From contig JAUCBJ010001524.1 of NCBI GenBank assembly GCA_032718475.1, positions 1 through 42,536 of the forward strand: a stretch of 42,536 bases of DNA, given 5' to 3'. The DNA is from Nemertoderma westbladi. Lineage: Eukaryota > Animalia > Xenacoelomorpha. The translations under genes were made by a program, and so were the position numbers. Numbering within the stretch: position 1 is the stretch's first letter; every line of letters starts with the position of its first letter. Shown piece by piece: positions 13,650-24,729 of the stretch. Under the pieces are notes generated by a model. It had not been told where the DNA came from. It searched no databases and saw only the letters and a list, made by a program, of their open reading frames with translations.

Positions 13650-14271
13650 ATTACTTATTGTATCAAACTAACTTAATCACAAACTAAATTAAACTCAAAC
13701 GAACTTCAACTCAAACTAACTTATATACAAACTTGACACAAATCAAACCAATTCAATTCAAACCAATTTATTTTCCAATGAGTCGTCATACACCCAGTAT
13801 CAACATAACCAACTTAAACTCAAATTAACTTCAACTCAAACGAACTTTATCACGAAGTAAATTAAATACCAACTAACTTATACCAAACTAACTTAATCAC
13901 AAACTTACTTAATCTAACTAACTTAATCGCAAACTTAGTTAATCAAACTAACTTAATCACAAAGTAAAATTAAACACAAACTAACTTAATCACAAACTTA
14001 CTTAATCTAACTAACTTAATCGCAAACTTAGTTAATCAAACTAACTTAATCACAAAGTAAAATTAAACACAAACTAACTTAATCACAAACTTACTTACTC
14101 AAACTAACTTAATCACAAACTTACTTACCCAAACTAATTACTTGAACTCTAACTTACTTAATCACAAACTTACTCACTCAAACGAACTTGAACTCTAACT
14201 TACTTAATCACAAACTAAATTCAACTCAAACTAACATAAACACAAAGTAAAATAACGTATATCAAACTAAC
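13650..14271. repeat. Degenerate ~16-bp tandem repeat (CAAACTAACTTAATCA / CAAACTTACTTA) abutting the exon 1 donor
   Basis: Many imperfect copies; shares the TCAAACTAACTTA core with the 38-bp satellite and with the real donor at 14271. Confidence 0.85.
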
Positions 14272-14444
14272 TCGAACATATCCTTGTAATGCTGATAAGA
14301 TTCATCTTCTTCCACCGATAACATCATTTTTGACTCTCTCTTCGAAATTCGATCAGCCCGTTTGGCGGCCTTGGCTTCATTGTCACTGCCTGAGCTACTA
14401 CTGCTGCTGCTGCTCCCACCACTGTTAGAACGAGATCGCCCCAT
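14272..14444 (-). CDS. Calmodulin-like EF-hand protein, exon 1 (Ser-rich/basic N-terminal extension); full CDS join(14272..14444,3700..3867,2328..2472,931..1071), 208 aa
   Basis: ATG at 14444; reads MGRSRSNSGGSSSS...YKDMF-GA|GTTAGT. The phase-2 donor matches the phase of the acceptor at 3867. Joining across the 10.4-kb intron is inferred from phase and the lack of a nearer candidate exon. Confidence 0.7.
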
Positions 14445-14576
14445 TAAATTATGTATGAATTATAATTATAATTATAATTTTTTTGTTTGCTTATGTTGGC
14501 TCGAAGTAAGGTACACCGTGAAATAAAGTAGGCCTAATTCAATCAGAATTATTTCAGTAAGGGTATAACCGGTATA

Positions 14577-15193
14577 ACACGTTCGTGGGACCTTCGCGCA
14601 GCACGAGAGCCTAAAATAGAAAGTACATTATACTAATACATATTAGATTTACGAAAACTGCCTTTCCTAAAATATATATGAGTGAAGGCGATGCTATCAG
14701 TTTGTGATAAACTATTTGTAAAAATAGAGATCCATATCAGTTTGCCCGCCCTTACATACTTTAACTGTCATTTGTAAACCTTCTAACTAGGGCTATTTAA
14801 GTTAAGTATGACATTTTTAGTTTTACAATACTCTTCTCCTTCATTAGCCTCGTTGCGCTCGTCCTGTTTTGTCATAAAATAATTTCCCTAAACGGAGACT
14901 AACAACCTTTATAACTATGCAAAGTCTCGAAACTGTTAGAATAACTGCTGATTATTGGCAGATGGATACTCGTATCCACTGCAAACTCGTTGCGTTTCGT
15001 TCGTTTTTGACCAAACTTGAGATTCTTTCTAAACTTTTGCCGGACTACATACGTACCAAGTTTCGTTTAATTTCATCAAGGAATAACCGAGTTATTAGCG
15101 ATCAAAAATTTACGACGACGACAGACGACGACAGGCGACTCGTTAATGGTACCCATATGCTAAGGCTTCGCTCACTTCGTGGCTCGCCCCACA
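14577..15193. mobile_element. Diverged member (copy C) of the ACA-flanked element family
   Basis: ACA-CGTTCGTGGGACCTTCGCGCAGCACG ... CGTGGCTCGCCCC-ACA. Same termini and similar length (617 bp) as copies A and B, a (GAC)n microsatellite in the same position, and a largely different interior. Confidence 0.85.
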
Positions 15194-15460
15194 GCAACGT
15201 ATTATTCTAGGCTCACGGATAAATACGCCTGCCTAAAGAATACATTAAGTCTTGCATTCTGCCATTACCCACACAGGTGCCCTTCTAATTTCAGTAACCA
15301 TGGAGTAAGACTCCAGAGTAGTATAATACAGTAATACGGCATATTCGATTTAAATAAATGCCCGTATTTAACGTTGGTCTAATTTTCACTCATAGCAATG
15401 TTGGTTCGCAGTTCAAGTAAATATTACCACTCTAGAGCACCACAGTGAGTGCGGTTGTGA

Positions 15461-15703
15461 AAAAAAAGCAAACAGTCGGTCAAAGCCGGAGTCGACTCGA
15501 AGGTTCCTCTTTACGATAGCTGCTACCCGGAGATAGGGGTGGGCGTGGGCGCTACCTTTTCCCCTTGTTTTGGTCCCAGTAATTCAACCAGTTCTCATAT
15601 CGACCACATGGGATGAAAGGCTGAGAGGAACCAGGCGGGGCTGAACCTACAATCAGTAGGCCTACATTGCAGGCCTGGTGCTCAACCAACTGAGATACCC
15701 TGC
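15461..15703 (-). mobile_element. tRNA-derived SINE with Deu/Nin-like core (second family)
   Basis: Minus strand: A-box-like TATCTCAGTTGG, B-box-like GGTTCAGCCC, core CTCAGCCTTTCATCCC...GGTCGATATGAG, distinct 3' part ending in a T-run. Confidence 0.6.
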
Positions 15704-15904
15704 GTTTTGGATTTATGTTACATACACAATAAAGTAGTTTAATTAAACTAAATACTGTAAAACTGTAGAATAAAGTAAGTATAATTAACTCTAATAAATG
15801 AAATCTAGAAGTGGCAAGTGGTTGAAAGATATCAACATTGATTCGCCCCCATTACAACAACATGCCAGTTACTCTAGCTAGGAGATCTCAATGAGGAACC
15901 AACC

Positions 15905-15917
15905 GTGTCCTAGCAAC
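15905..15917. promoter_or_regulatory. RFX X-box-like motif upstream of DNAL1
   Basis: GTGTCCTAGCAAC resembles the X-box GTTGCCTAGCAAC and lies ~230 bp upstream of the ATG of a ciliary gene. RFX control of ciliary genes is established knowledge. Confidence 0.55.
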
Positions 15918-16144
15918 CATATCAACAATTATCGTTATTGAATAACGCCATGCCTAGAATCTCTCCTACCAATAACAAAACAGGCGAAATTGTAGGCCTA
16001 CACAACGTAGTTTCAAATTATTCAATTAATTCCTTCAGGTTATAGTTTGTTTCTTTCTATACCTCAGTAAATAATTCCGAGTGTTTTTAGTAAACATCGT
16101 GTATTCTGTGTTTATTAACAAACTGTTCAAATTACAAACAAGCC

Positions 16145-16403
16145 ATGAGTAAGGCCACTACAATAAAGGAAGCCCTTGCTCGCTTCGAGGAAAAACACGG
16201 TCAGAAGGCATCCGAATCTACAGAAGTGAAACTCTACGGACAAATTCCGCCGGTCGAGAAAATGGACGCCTCACTGTCCACATTGAGCGCATGTCAGAAA
16301 CTCAGTCTCTCCACCAACGCCATCGAGAAAATTGCAAATTTAAACGGATTGAAAAATCTCACCATTTTATCTTTGGGTCGTAATAATATTAAAAGCTTAA
16401 CAG
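16145..16403 (+). CDS. DNAL1: Dynein axonemal light chain 1 (LC1, leucine-rich repeat), exon 1; CDS join(16145..16403,16713..16831,17407..17595), 188 aa
   Basis: [17 protein letters not shown]...[47 protein letters not shown] is the recognisable DNAL1 N-terminus; phase-1 donor G|GTATGT. Confidence 0.97.
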
Positions 16404-16712
16404 GTATGTTACAAACAATACAAGGGTCGTATTATTCGCTTACTGATATTAAAAATAACAATTAATTACTAAAAAATATGACCTTATTAAATGTGTTTAC
16501 AAGAACTGTAAAACAGTTCAGTGTTTCTCCTTTGTAATATATTTATATTGTTCAGTTTTAGTAGAGGTTAACACTGTGTACCGGTACCTGTAGTGTTATA
16601 ACTCAAGTAACGTCTGACCCTGCTTTTCCAAGCACCTTGGTAGATAAATCAGCGGTAATTCTTAAATCTGTGAACTTTTCAATTAATCGAACGATTTAAT
16701 AAATTAAATTAG

Positions 16713-16831
16713 GTTTGGAACCAGTTGGAGATACATTAAAAGAATTGTGGATTTCGTACAACCTCATTGAAAAGTTGAAGGGGATCGGTGTATTAAAAAA
16801 ACTCGTCACTCTCTATATTGCTAACAATTCG
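16713..16831 (+). CDS. DNAL1: DNAL1 exon 2
   Basis: Acceptor AATTAG|; encodes (G)[39 protein letters not shown]; donor TCG|GTTAGT. Confidence 0.95.
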
Positions 16832-16889
16832 GTTAGTAGATTATTAACTACTGTATATAGCGTAAATCGCTATGACTACTAGACTGTAT

Positions 16890-17148
16890 AATACCGGAGA
16901 CAGGGGGGAGGGGGGACTGGACGCAAATCCCGCCTTGGCGAATTAATATTCCGCCTCAATGTTAAATTATCAATTTAGGGAAAGGAGCAGATTACAGTGG
17001 CACGATATTATAACCAAAACAATAAACTAAACACAATAGAACAGGTTACAGTTTTATTTTTGAGAATAATCAGTTGTTATTTGCGTCAAATTCCCCCTGG
17101 AGAGGGATGCATTTTTATTGCGTCCAGTTTCCCCCCCTATCTGGTATA
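16890..17148. mobile_element. Small MITE in DNAL1 intron 2
   Basis: Imperfect ~30-bp terminal inverted repeats: ATACCGGAGACAGGGGGG...ACTGGACGCAA and TTGCGTCCAGTTTCCCCCCCTATCTGGTAT. Confidence 0.55.
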
Positions 17149-17406
17149 TCGTTACCAAACTGACAGCGAAATATATTAAATGTTTGCTATAATTACATAC
17201 ACACATATATAGTGCTTATTGGTAGAACCAGCATTGATTTATGATTATGATTATAGTGAAATGCACCCTTTATAAACATTGTTTCATCTCGGAGGGAGGC
17301 ATTATCAGGAAACTGTAATAGGGAATCAAGAGACTAAAAATAAATTATTAACCCCAATAATTAACCTTAATTAAGTTTTATTTAGATATTAATTTAAACT
17401 TAACAG

Positions 17407-17595
17407 GTGAAAGACTTTGGGGAATTCGCGAAACTGAATGACTTGCCGAAATTGGAAGACCTTATATTCGTGGGTAATCCCCTGGAGGTGAAGTATTCCG
17501 AGGAAGGGACCTGGAGGGATGATGCGACAAAGCGGCTACCAAAGCTAAAGAAACTCGATGGACTGCCTATCGTAAAGGATGAGGATGATGACTAG
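17407..17595 (+). CDS. DNAL1: DNAL1 exon 3 (stop)
   Basis: Acceptor TAACAG|; encodes VKDFGEFAKLNDLPKLEDLIFVGNPLE...LPKLKKLDGLPIVKDEDDD*. Confidence 0.96.
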   Translation: MKDFGEFAKLNDLPKLEDLIFVGNPLEVKYSEEGTWRDDATKRLPKLKKLDGLPIVKDEDDD

Positions 17596-18856
17596 TGTGA
17601 ATCGAATAAACTCAACAACCCATCCCGAGCTCCGTGTATATCCCAAACAATTTACTATTTTATATATTATTAATTATAATTATAAATTATTACAAAGGTA
17701 GGCTATAGTAAACCGCAATTATTTTTTTATTTCGATTTAAGACATCGTGTAATTTAATTATAATTATAAATAAATATAAAATAAACATTTTGGTTTACAT
17801 AATTTCTGTATAAATATAAATGTATTGTGCGGCTTATGTTTTTGGCAGGAAAATGTGAGTTTCTAAAAGCACTCAGGAATTCTATATTAATTATATTAAA
17901 TAATTATAATAGGAATACGACAAACTAAGACGAGTGAACATTCTCTATTATTATTATTACTTGTTATAATAATGGCAAATAAAACATCAAAAAAGTGTAA
18001 TAAGTTTATATATGTATTTTCTTATATTAACGAGCGATCGTTAATGAACAAAGGGTTGTAAACACAAAAAAGTGGATTTCCTTTCTATTTCCTGGGTATA
18101 CTAATTTTGGTCAAAAAATTTGACTTTCTTTTTATTATTTCATCAAGAGCAGAATTTTATGAGGATTTTAAATCTGAAAACGGCTTGGCGAGATCTATTG
18201 TACTTATAAAGCTACTTATAAAGTACTTAAAAAACTTTTATATGTGTAAGTCAGTCTGTCTGATCAAAATATTATATAAAGTCCGACGTAGTCAAAGAAA
18301 GCACCCATCCAACTATAACTTTTGTTACCTTGTTTAAAAATCCATAATTAAAATTCCCCAAGTCAGTTTTAAGATTTTGCAGAATATAGACTGTGGACAC
18401 TAGGGTTGTGTACTAAGGACTGTAGTACTCTTGGTTCTCCTGGTTCTGACTTGATATAGTGGCCAAAACAAACCTCCGGTTTTAAATAATTCTTTAGAAT
18501 ACAACACAAACTCGGCCACGAGCCAAATTATGCAAATAGTTGCATCTCTCGTTATACCGTTGAGCATTTTCATAAGATGTCAGAAACGATGTAGGAAGGT
18601 TATCTCAAGAACTAAGCGAAAACCTCCAATAAAATTATATTAATCTACACATTTTTTTACATATATAGTCACATTTTCATGCTTTTGTCCGGCAATTAAC
18701 GATTTTGCTATATTTTAGCTTTAAGCGACCCCACTAAAATAATTATAAGTATTGTAATCGATTAGATTAAATTAATTAATTACAGTTTATTGCATATTCC
18801 CAATAGCTATTGTTATGCGCTGCTTAGTGTACCAGTATATCAGAAAAACATATAAC

Positions 18857-18945
18857 TAGGGGTGTGCCGGATTTCCGGCCGGGCCGGAATTCCCGCCGGA
18901 TTTTGAGAAAAAAATCAGGTTCCGGCTCCGGCCGGATTTCAATTT
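18857..18945. mobile_element. Probable single end of a hAT-like non-autonomous transposon
   Basis: TAGGGGTGTGCCGG followed by a GC-rich cluster of CCGG motifs in AT-rich DNA; no partner end found. Confidence 0.35.
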
Positions 18946-20922
18946 CAACGAATTGTTGACAAAATTTACAATTAATTTAAATTTTCGAAAAAAAACGTCC
19001 AAATAAATTTTCTTTTAAATTCAACCAAATTTAAACATAAGCAAATACAACGGAATACAAAACAATTAGATATTTTCATAGTTTGAATCATATTCATTCA
19101 TATTATGAATGATAAACTCTATAGCAGAGCTATAATTTTATGACTACTGGTATCTACATGCTGAGCTGACTACTTTTTACCAAGATTATTTGTATTTGGT
19201 TGGGCTCAGACTCACTAACACGTGATATATATATTAATTAGTACACGTATGCCCAGCCCATATACTAATTATAACTAGTCAATAATTAAACTCAGAGAGT
19301 ATAAAATAAAAAAAACTAAAATATTAGTCATATACTCACTCAATAAGAGTTTGCAAGTTACTTGTTATAAATGGTTTAAGGAATTATATAGGACTTTGCT
19401 ATACTTAATAAGTGATTAACAAATGCTTGATATACAGGAAAAAAAAGTTACAATGACTGGCCATTATTGACAAATGCTTGCTAAACTGTAAAACAATCGG
19501 TTTTAAACTTATCAAGTTTGAGTAAGTACTCAAGTGACACTACTCGGCTATAGAGAGTACCTCTAGTTTTTTCCCTGGATGTACTGTACGTCCCGATCTG
19601 GCGGACTGCTGATTATTATTGTAAAAATAAATAATATTTAATTTATATACTAATAATGCGGATTATTAGAATGCGGAAATGTTTGAAAGGCAATAAATTT
19701 GAGAGGAGGCTTCAGAAAGGACTTCTTTATAAATTCTGCTATGACAATCAAGGATACTATACCGGTAATACAACAGCTTCAATTTCAATAAAGGCTTCAT
19801 CGACTATTGATACTGTTTCGCCTGGACGAGGAGGATACACTCACGTCGGACAATTGGTTTATCCGAACCCCCCCCCCCCCCCCCCCCCCTAACTGCAATC
19901 ACAATGGTATAAAACCCAAGTGTAACATTTTGTCCAAAAAAATGTTCACTTTACATTTTCACAGTATCACAGTTAGTAAATGTTACACGTGTACAAAAAG
20001 TGGTGAAAACTTATTTTAAGCATGGACGTATATATTTCAACGAACCATACTGACTACTTGAACATACTAACATACTTTTAATTCGATTAAAAAATTATCC
20101 AGCTTTCATAAAGGCTATCTCACCGACGCTATCTCCATTTAGTTGAGATAGAGAGCCAAACCAACTCGAACTTATGCGTGGAAAACGTAAAAATTACGAC
20201 TTTGTTTTTTTTAAAACAAAACTTTCAAACTGTACCCAGATTTATCTAGAACAATAATTTGAAAACATATTTTAGTGATTTTCCGTACGATCTGTGATTT
20301 AATTCTAATTAAATAATTGTACAACATAATTTTTTATGATACAATCTAAAAGTTAAATTATGAGTTTGATTAATATAGAATACTGATAAAATTATATCAC
20401 ACACAGCACCTTTTAAGCACTTTGAAGTAGGCCTAGAACAGAAACATTCTGCATTAACAACTTTCAATTAATAATTGAAATAATACTTCGAATCAATATA
20501 AAAAATAATTCAATATACTGGCCATCATAATTTATTATGAAAGGCGAATAATTAAAAATATAATTACAAATATAAAAAATTTTCACAAATTAATCTAGCA
20601 CATTTCTTAATTAATGTGGCATAATACACATTGTCAAATTTCAATTAACCAACGTACCTTGTTTAACTAACAAACTATTATTATTTCTGAGTTCTGACAC
20701 ATTTTTACTGACACATTAAACTTCTAGATGAACGACATACTGTATAGAATAATAATTTAATATTGACATTTCCTGAGAACAAGTTATATATGACAACGTT
20801 AAAAGTTATATAGAAAGTAAAACGTATATAAAAATGTTGAAGTTCCATTTATTCCAGAACATCTACAAATAATTCAAATAATTGCTAAGGTGGCATTGAT
20901 GCAAGTAATAGTGAATACATCA

Positions 20923-20974
20923 CTATATATATATATATAGTATATATATATTATATATTATATATATATATATA
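20923..20974. repeat. (TA)n microsatellite
   Basis: Interrupted TA dinucleotide run. Confidence 0.9.
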
Positions 20975-21149
20975 AGAATTTATACATCAAAATATGATGA
21001 ACATGTCAACCGTGTGAATTTTTATACAACTTTTAGGTATTTATGTAACATTTGATAATTTTTAAACACTTATGCGAAGAAAATATTTCTTTATAATACA
21101 TTTAGGAATTCATATAACTTTTGATAATTTTTAACATGTGGGCAATAAT

Positions 21150-21510
21150 TTAAACTTGTAGATGTAGTTGTACTTTTCCTTCATCATCCCCTGTGTCGAC
21201 CTTAACATGCTTGTCCGGTACTTTGTGTTGGGCTACCAGCACTTGAGTAAGATCAATCTCCAATCCCTTCATCCTCTCCAGTCGACCCACCTGGGTTTCA
21301 ACCTTCTTCCTTTCGTACTCAATCTCGGCCTCGTGCCGTTCCCTTTCCTGTCGTAGTTTCTCATCGTGCGTTTGCCTCTCCATCTCCCGGGCGTGCTGAT
21401 GATCTGCCAACTCCAGCTGACGCTTCCGATCAGATCGCTCCTCCGATTTCTCCAGCTGGAAATCGAGATGGCGTTGTCGTTGAATTTCAGTCTCAGTTTG
21501 TAGTCGCAGC
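21150..21510 (-). CDS. SPFH/band-7-like protein, terminal exon (charged coiled coil, stop)
   Basis: Acceptor ATTTAG|; encodes LRLQTETEIQRQRHLDFQLEKSEERSDRKRQLELADHQHAREMER...VQLHLQV*; phase matches the exon at 24245. Confidence 0.88.
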
Positions 21511-22923
21511 CTAAATATAATAACCGAATACTGAAGATATCAGTTATTACGAACGCTCGACTGTATTACTTTTGGTGTCTTGTCATCTGTCACTACTTTT
21601 ATACTTTGATATCTTTTGCACAGATCACTGAGTGCAATTCCGTAGAAATCACGTGGACTTCTAGAACAGTTATTTAATCGAATAAATAATATGAATTTAA
21701 TATAAATAAAACAATTAATTATTTAATTGTTTATTGCATGGTAAATAACGTGGAACAGATTTTCCTTATGATTCTTTATTAAGGGGAGGGGAGGATTTAT
21801 TTTTTTGAACTATTGCGATGTGAAATTTAACCCAGATTTAAAGTCTGAAAACGGCTTAGCAGTAGCTCTTTTAGTTTTCGAGTTATGACAATTTTCATAA
21901 ACTGAGAGCGATTGAAAATAATTTTGGTTGCGAAATGTTTAAACTGCAATTGTCTCAGAATATTAATGCAATTTTCCGGACTTTAGCAACTTACTACATC
22001 TACAATTATTTGACAAAATTGTCTTAATAAATTTATCAGTCAGCTTTTTGAAATAATCAGTTATTACAATTTAATACTAATTTATAACTATCTTAAAAAT
22101 AGCACAATTTTGGAGCGCTCCCTAGAGGCACAAACTAATTTTCAGAAAAATTCGTTTGATAGATATGTTACCCCATCTTTGCTCTATCATATAAAAAAAA
22201 CTTCCATGTTACCAGAATCAAAACTGTAAAAACCTCAGGGTTTAAAGCACAACCACATTTGTTGTATTAACTAATATAAAATAGTCAAACGTGTAGAATA
22301 ATAACATCTTAGACACACCTACAATCCAAATTAAAGCCCAAACCATGCACTTTTGACAAGCTGGGAGTGAAGAAACCTCAAGTTGTTCGAAAATGGCGTA
22401 TCGCCCGCCCCACCTGAGCCCCAGATTTGTTCAGACCAGATAGCTTCCACAAGACTAACCCGTAGAGTTTTACTTAGCATTATTAATCAAATGGAAGATG
22501 TTGTTTCTGCATGGGATGCTCGGTTTTACCAGTGGACCACCCAATAGACTACAGATGTTGAGTGAGGGATGGATCGTACGGATACAAAAGTAGTGTTATA
22601 CAATTTATAGACTTTAGTTACCTTGATAATGTTGCTGTTATAATTCATTAGATGATTACAACATAATAATAATTATAGTTTCAAGCTGCGTATAAAATTT
22701 CTCGAACACGCGTACACCGGGACTACGCTCAGACTAATTTGTCAGACAGAACAAAAAGCTTACACTGGACTCGTACTGTCTTATGACTTGCTTCACGGGC
22801 TGCTAGGCCCGTCTCTAGTTTTCTGTGATCATTAAACTATATTATGGTGGGTGATGAAAACAATTTGCAATATTAAAATTGTAAGGTGAAGGAACATTGT
22901 TCAAAAATATTGAAATTCACGTT

Positions 22924-24274
22924 GCTAATACTAACGATGTTCGCTCCTGTATTGAACTATCGTGCTGCAGCTAATACTAACGATGTTCGCTCCAGAATTG
23001 AACTATCGTGCTGCAGCTAATACTAACGATGTTCGCTCCTGTATTGAACTATCGTGCTGCAGCTAATACTAACGATGTTCGCTCCTGTATTGAACTATCG
23101 TTTTGCAGCTAATACTAACGATGTTCGCTCCTGTATTGAACTATCGTGCTGCAGCTAATACTAACGATGTTCGCTCCTGTATTGAACTATCGTTTTGCAG
23201 CTAATACTAACGTGTTGCTCCTGTATTGAACTATCGTTTTGCAGCTAATACTAACGATGTTCGCTCCAGAATTGAACTATCGTGCTGCAGCTAATAGTAA
23301 CGATGTTCGCTCCTGTATTGAACTATCGTGCTGCAGCTAATATTAACGATGTTCGCTCCTGTATTGAACTATCGTGCTGCAGCTAATACTAACGATGTTC
23401 GCTCCTAATATTAACGATGTTCGCTCCTGTATTGAACTATCGTGCTGCAGCTAATACTAACGATGTTCGCTCCTGAATTGAACTATCGTGCTGCAGCTAA
23501 TACTAACGATGTTCGCTTCTGTATTAAACTTCGTGCTGCAGCTAATACTAACGATGTTCGCTCCTGTATTGAACTATCGTGCTGCAGCTAATACTAACGA
23601 TGTTCGCTCCTGTATTGAACTATCGTGCTGCAGCTAATACTAACGATGTTCGCTCCTGTATTGAACTATCGTGCTGCAGCTAATACTAACGATGTTCGCT
23701 CCTGTATTGGACTATCGTGCTGCAGCTAACACTAACGATGTTCGCTCCTGTATTGAACTATCGTGCTGCAGCTAATACTAACGATGTTCGCTCCGTATTG
23801 AACTATCGTGCTGCAGCTAATATTAACGATGTTCACTCCTGTATTGAACTATCGTGCTGCAGCTAATACTAACAATGTTCGCTCCTGTATTGGACTATCG
23901 TGCTGCAGCTAACACTAACGATGTTCGCTCCTGTATTGAACTATCGTGCTGCAGCTAATACTAACGATGTTCGCTCCTGTATTGGACTATCGTGCTGCAG
24001 CTAACACTAACGATGTTCGCTCCTGTATTGAACTATCGTGCTGCAGCTAATACTAACTAACGATGTTCGCTCATGTATTGAACTATCGTGCTGCAGCTAA
24101 TACTAACGATGTTCACTCCTGTATTGAACTATCGTGCTGCAGCTAATACTAACGATGTCGCTCCTGTATTGAACTATCGTGCTGCTGCTAATACTAACGA
24201 TGTTCGCTCCTGTATTAAACTATCGTGCTGCAGCTAATACTAACGATGTTCGCTCCTGTATTGAACTATCGTGC
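22924..24274. repeat. 46-bp minisatellite (~29 units) spanning an exon end and its 5' splice site
   Basis: Unit GCTAATACTAACGATGTTCGCTCCTGTATTGAACTATCGTGCTGCA; the last partial unit (24245..24274) is coding sequence. Confidence 0.97.
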
Positions 24275-24375
24275 ATTCTCTGCAACGCATCGCTTGAGTG
24301 GAATCCTCTAAAGACAACTTTGTTGATGCGGTAACCAATACCATCGGCCCGGACGCACAGTTGACTAAACGTCGA
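24245..24375 (-). CDS. SPFH/band-7-like protein, penultimate exon
   Basis: Acceptor ATTTAG|; encodes STFSQLCVRADGIGYRINKVVFRGFHSSDALQRMHDSSIQERT; donor TC|GTTAGT; phase-consistent on both sides. Not in the ORF track. Confidence 0.88.
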
Positions 24376-24729
24376 CTAAATTATAAAGGGGGAGATGGGA
24401 ACTCAATTAGAAACATGCGGTGTTTAATAATAATATTGGAGGTGTTCATTAGTCTCCCCTAACTTGACACTTGAACTGAGCCGCCTCCGCTTTGTAGGAT
24501 ATTCTTTCGCCGTAAGAACCATCCTGTACAGAATTTCACGCGTCACTCCAGGTCCGCGCTAAGCTCCAGGACGGCTTATAATAACGAACTCTTTTTTCCA
24601 AAAAAAAAAAAACGGATTCCGTCCAGTTAAGTGTGGATACGATCCTCGCTTTTATACCGTTTAGCGAGTTTACACAGATGTTTACGGATTTAATGATTTT
24701 ATTATGTTCGACAAAAATAAGGTCTAATT

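Noticed and set aside
19656-20019. Poly-proline ORFs
   Set aside because: Produced by a C homopolymer at ~19868-19889; no other coding signal.
18060-22260. Shared motif GATTT(T)AAA(G)TCTGAAAACGGCTT at ~18165 and ~21835 as a defined element
   Set aside because: Probably old MITE remnants, but termini and target duplications could not be defined.
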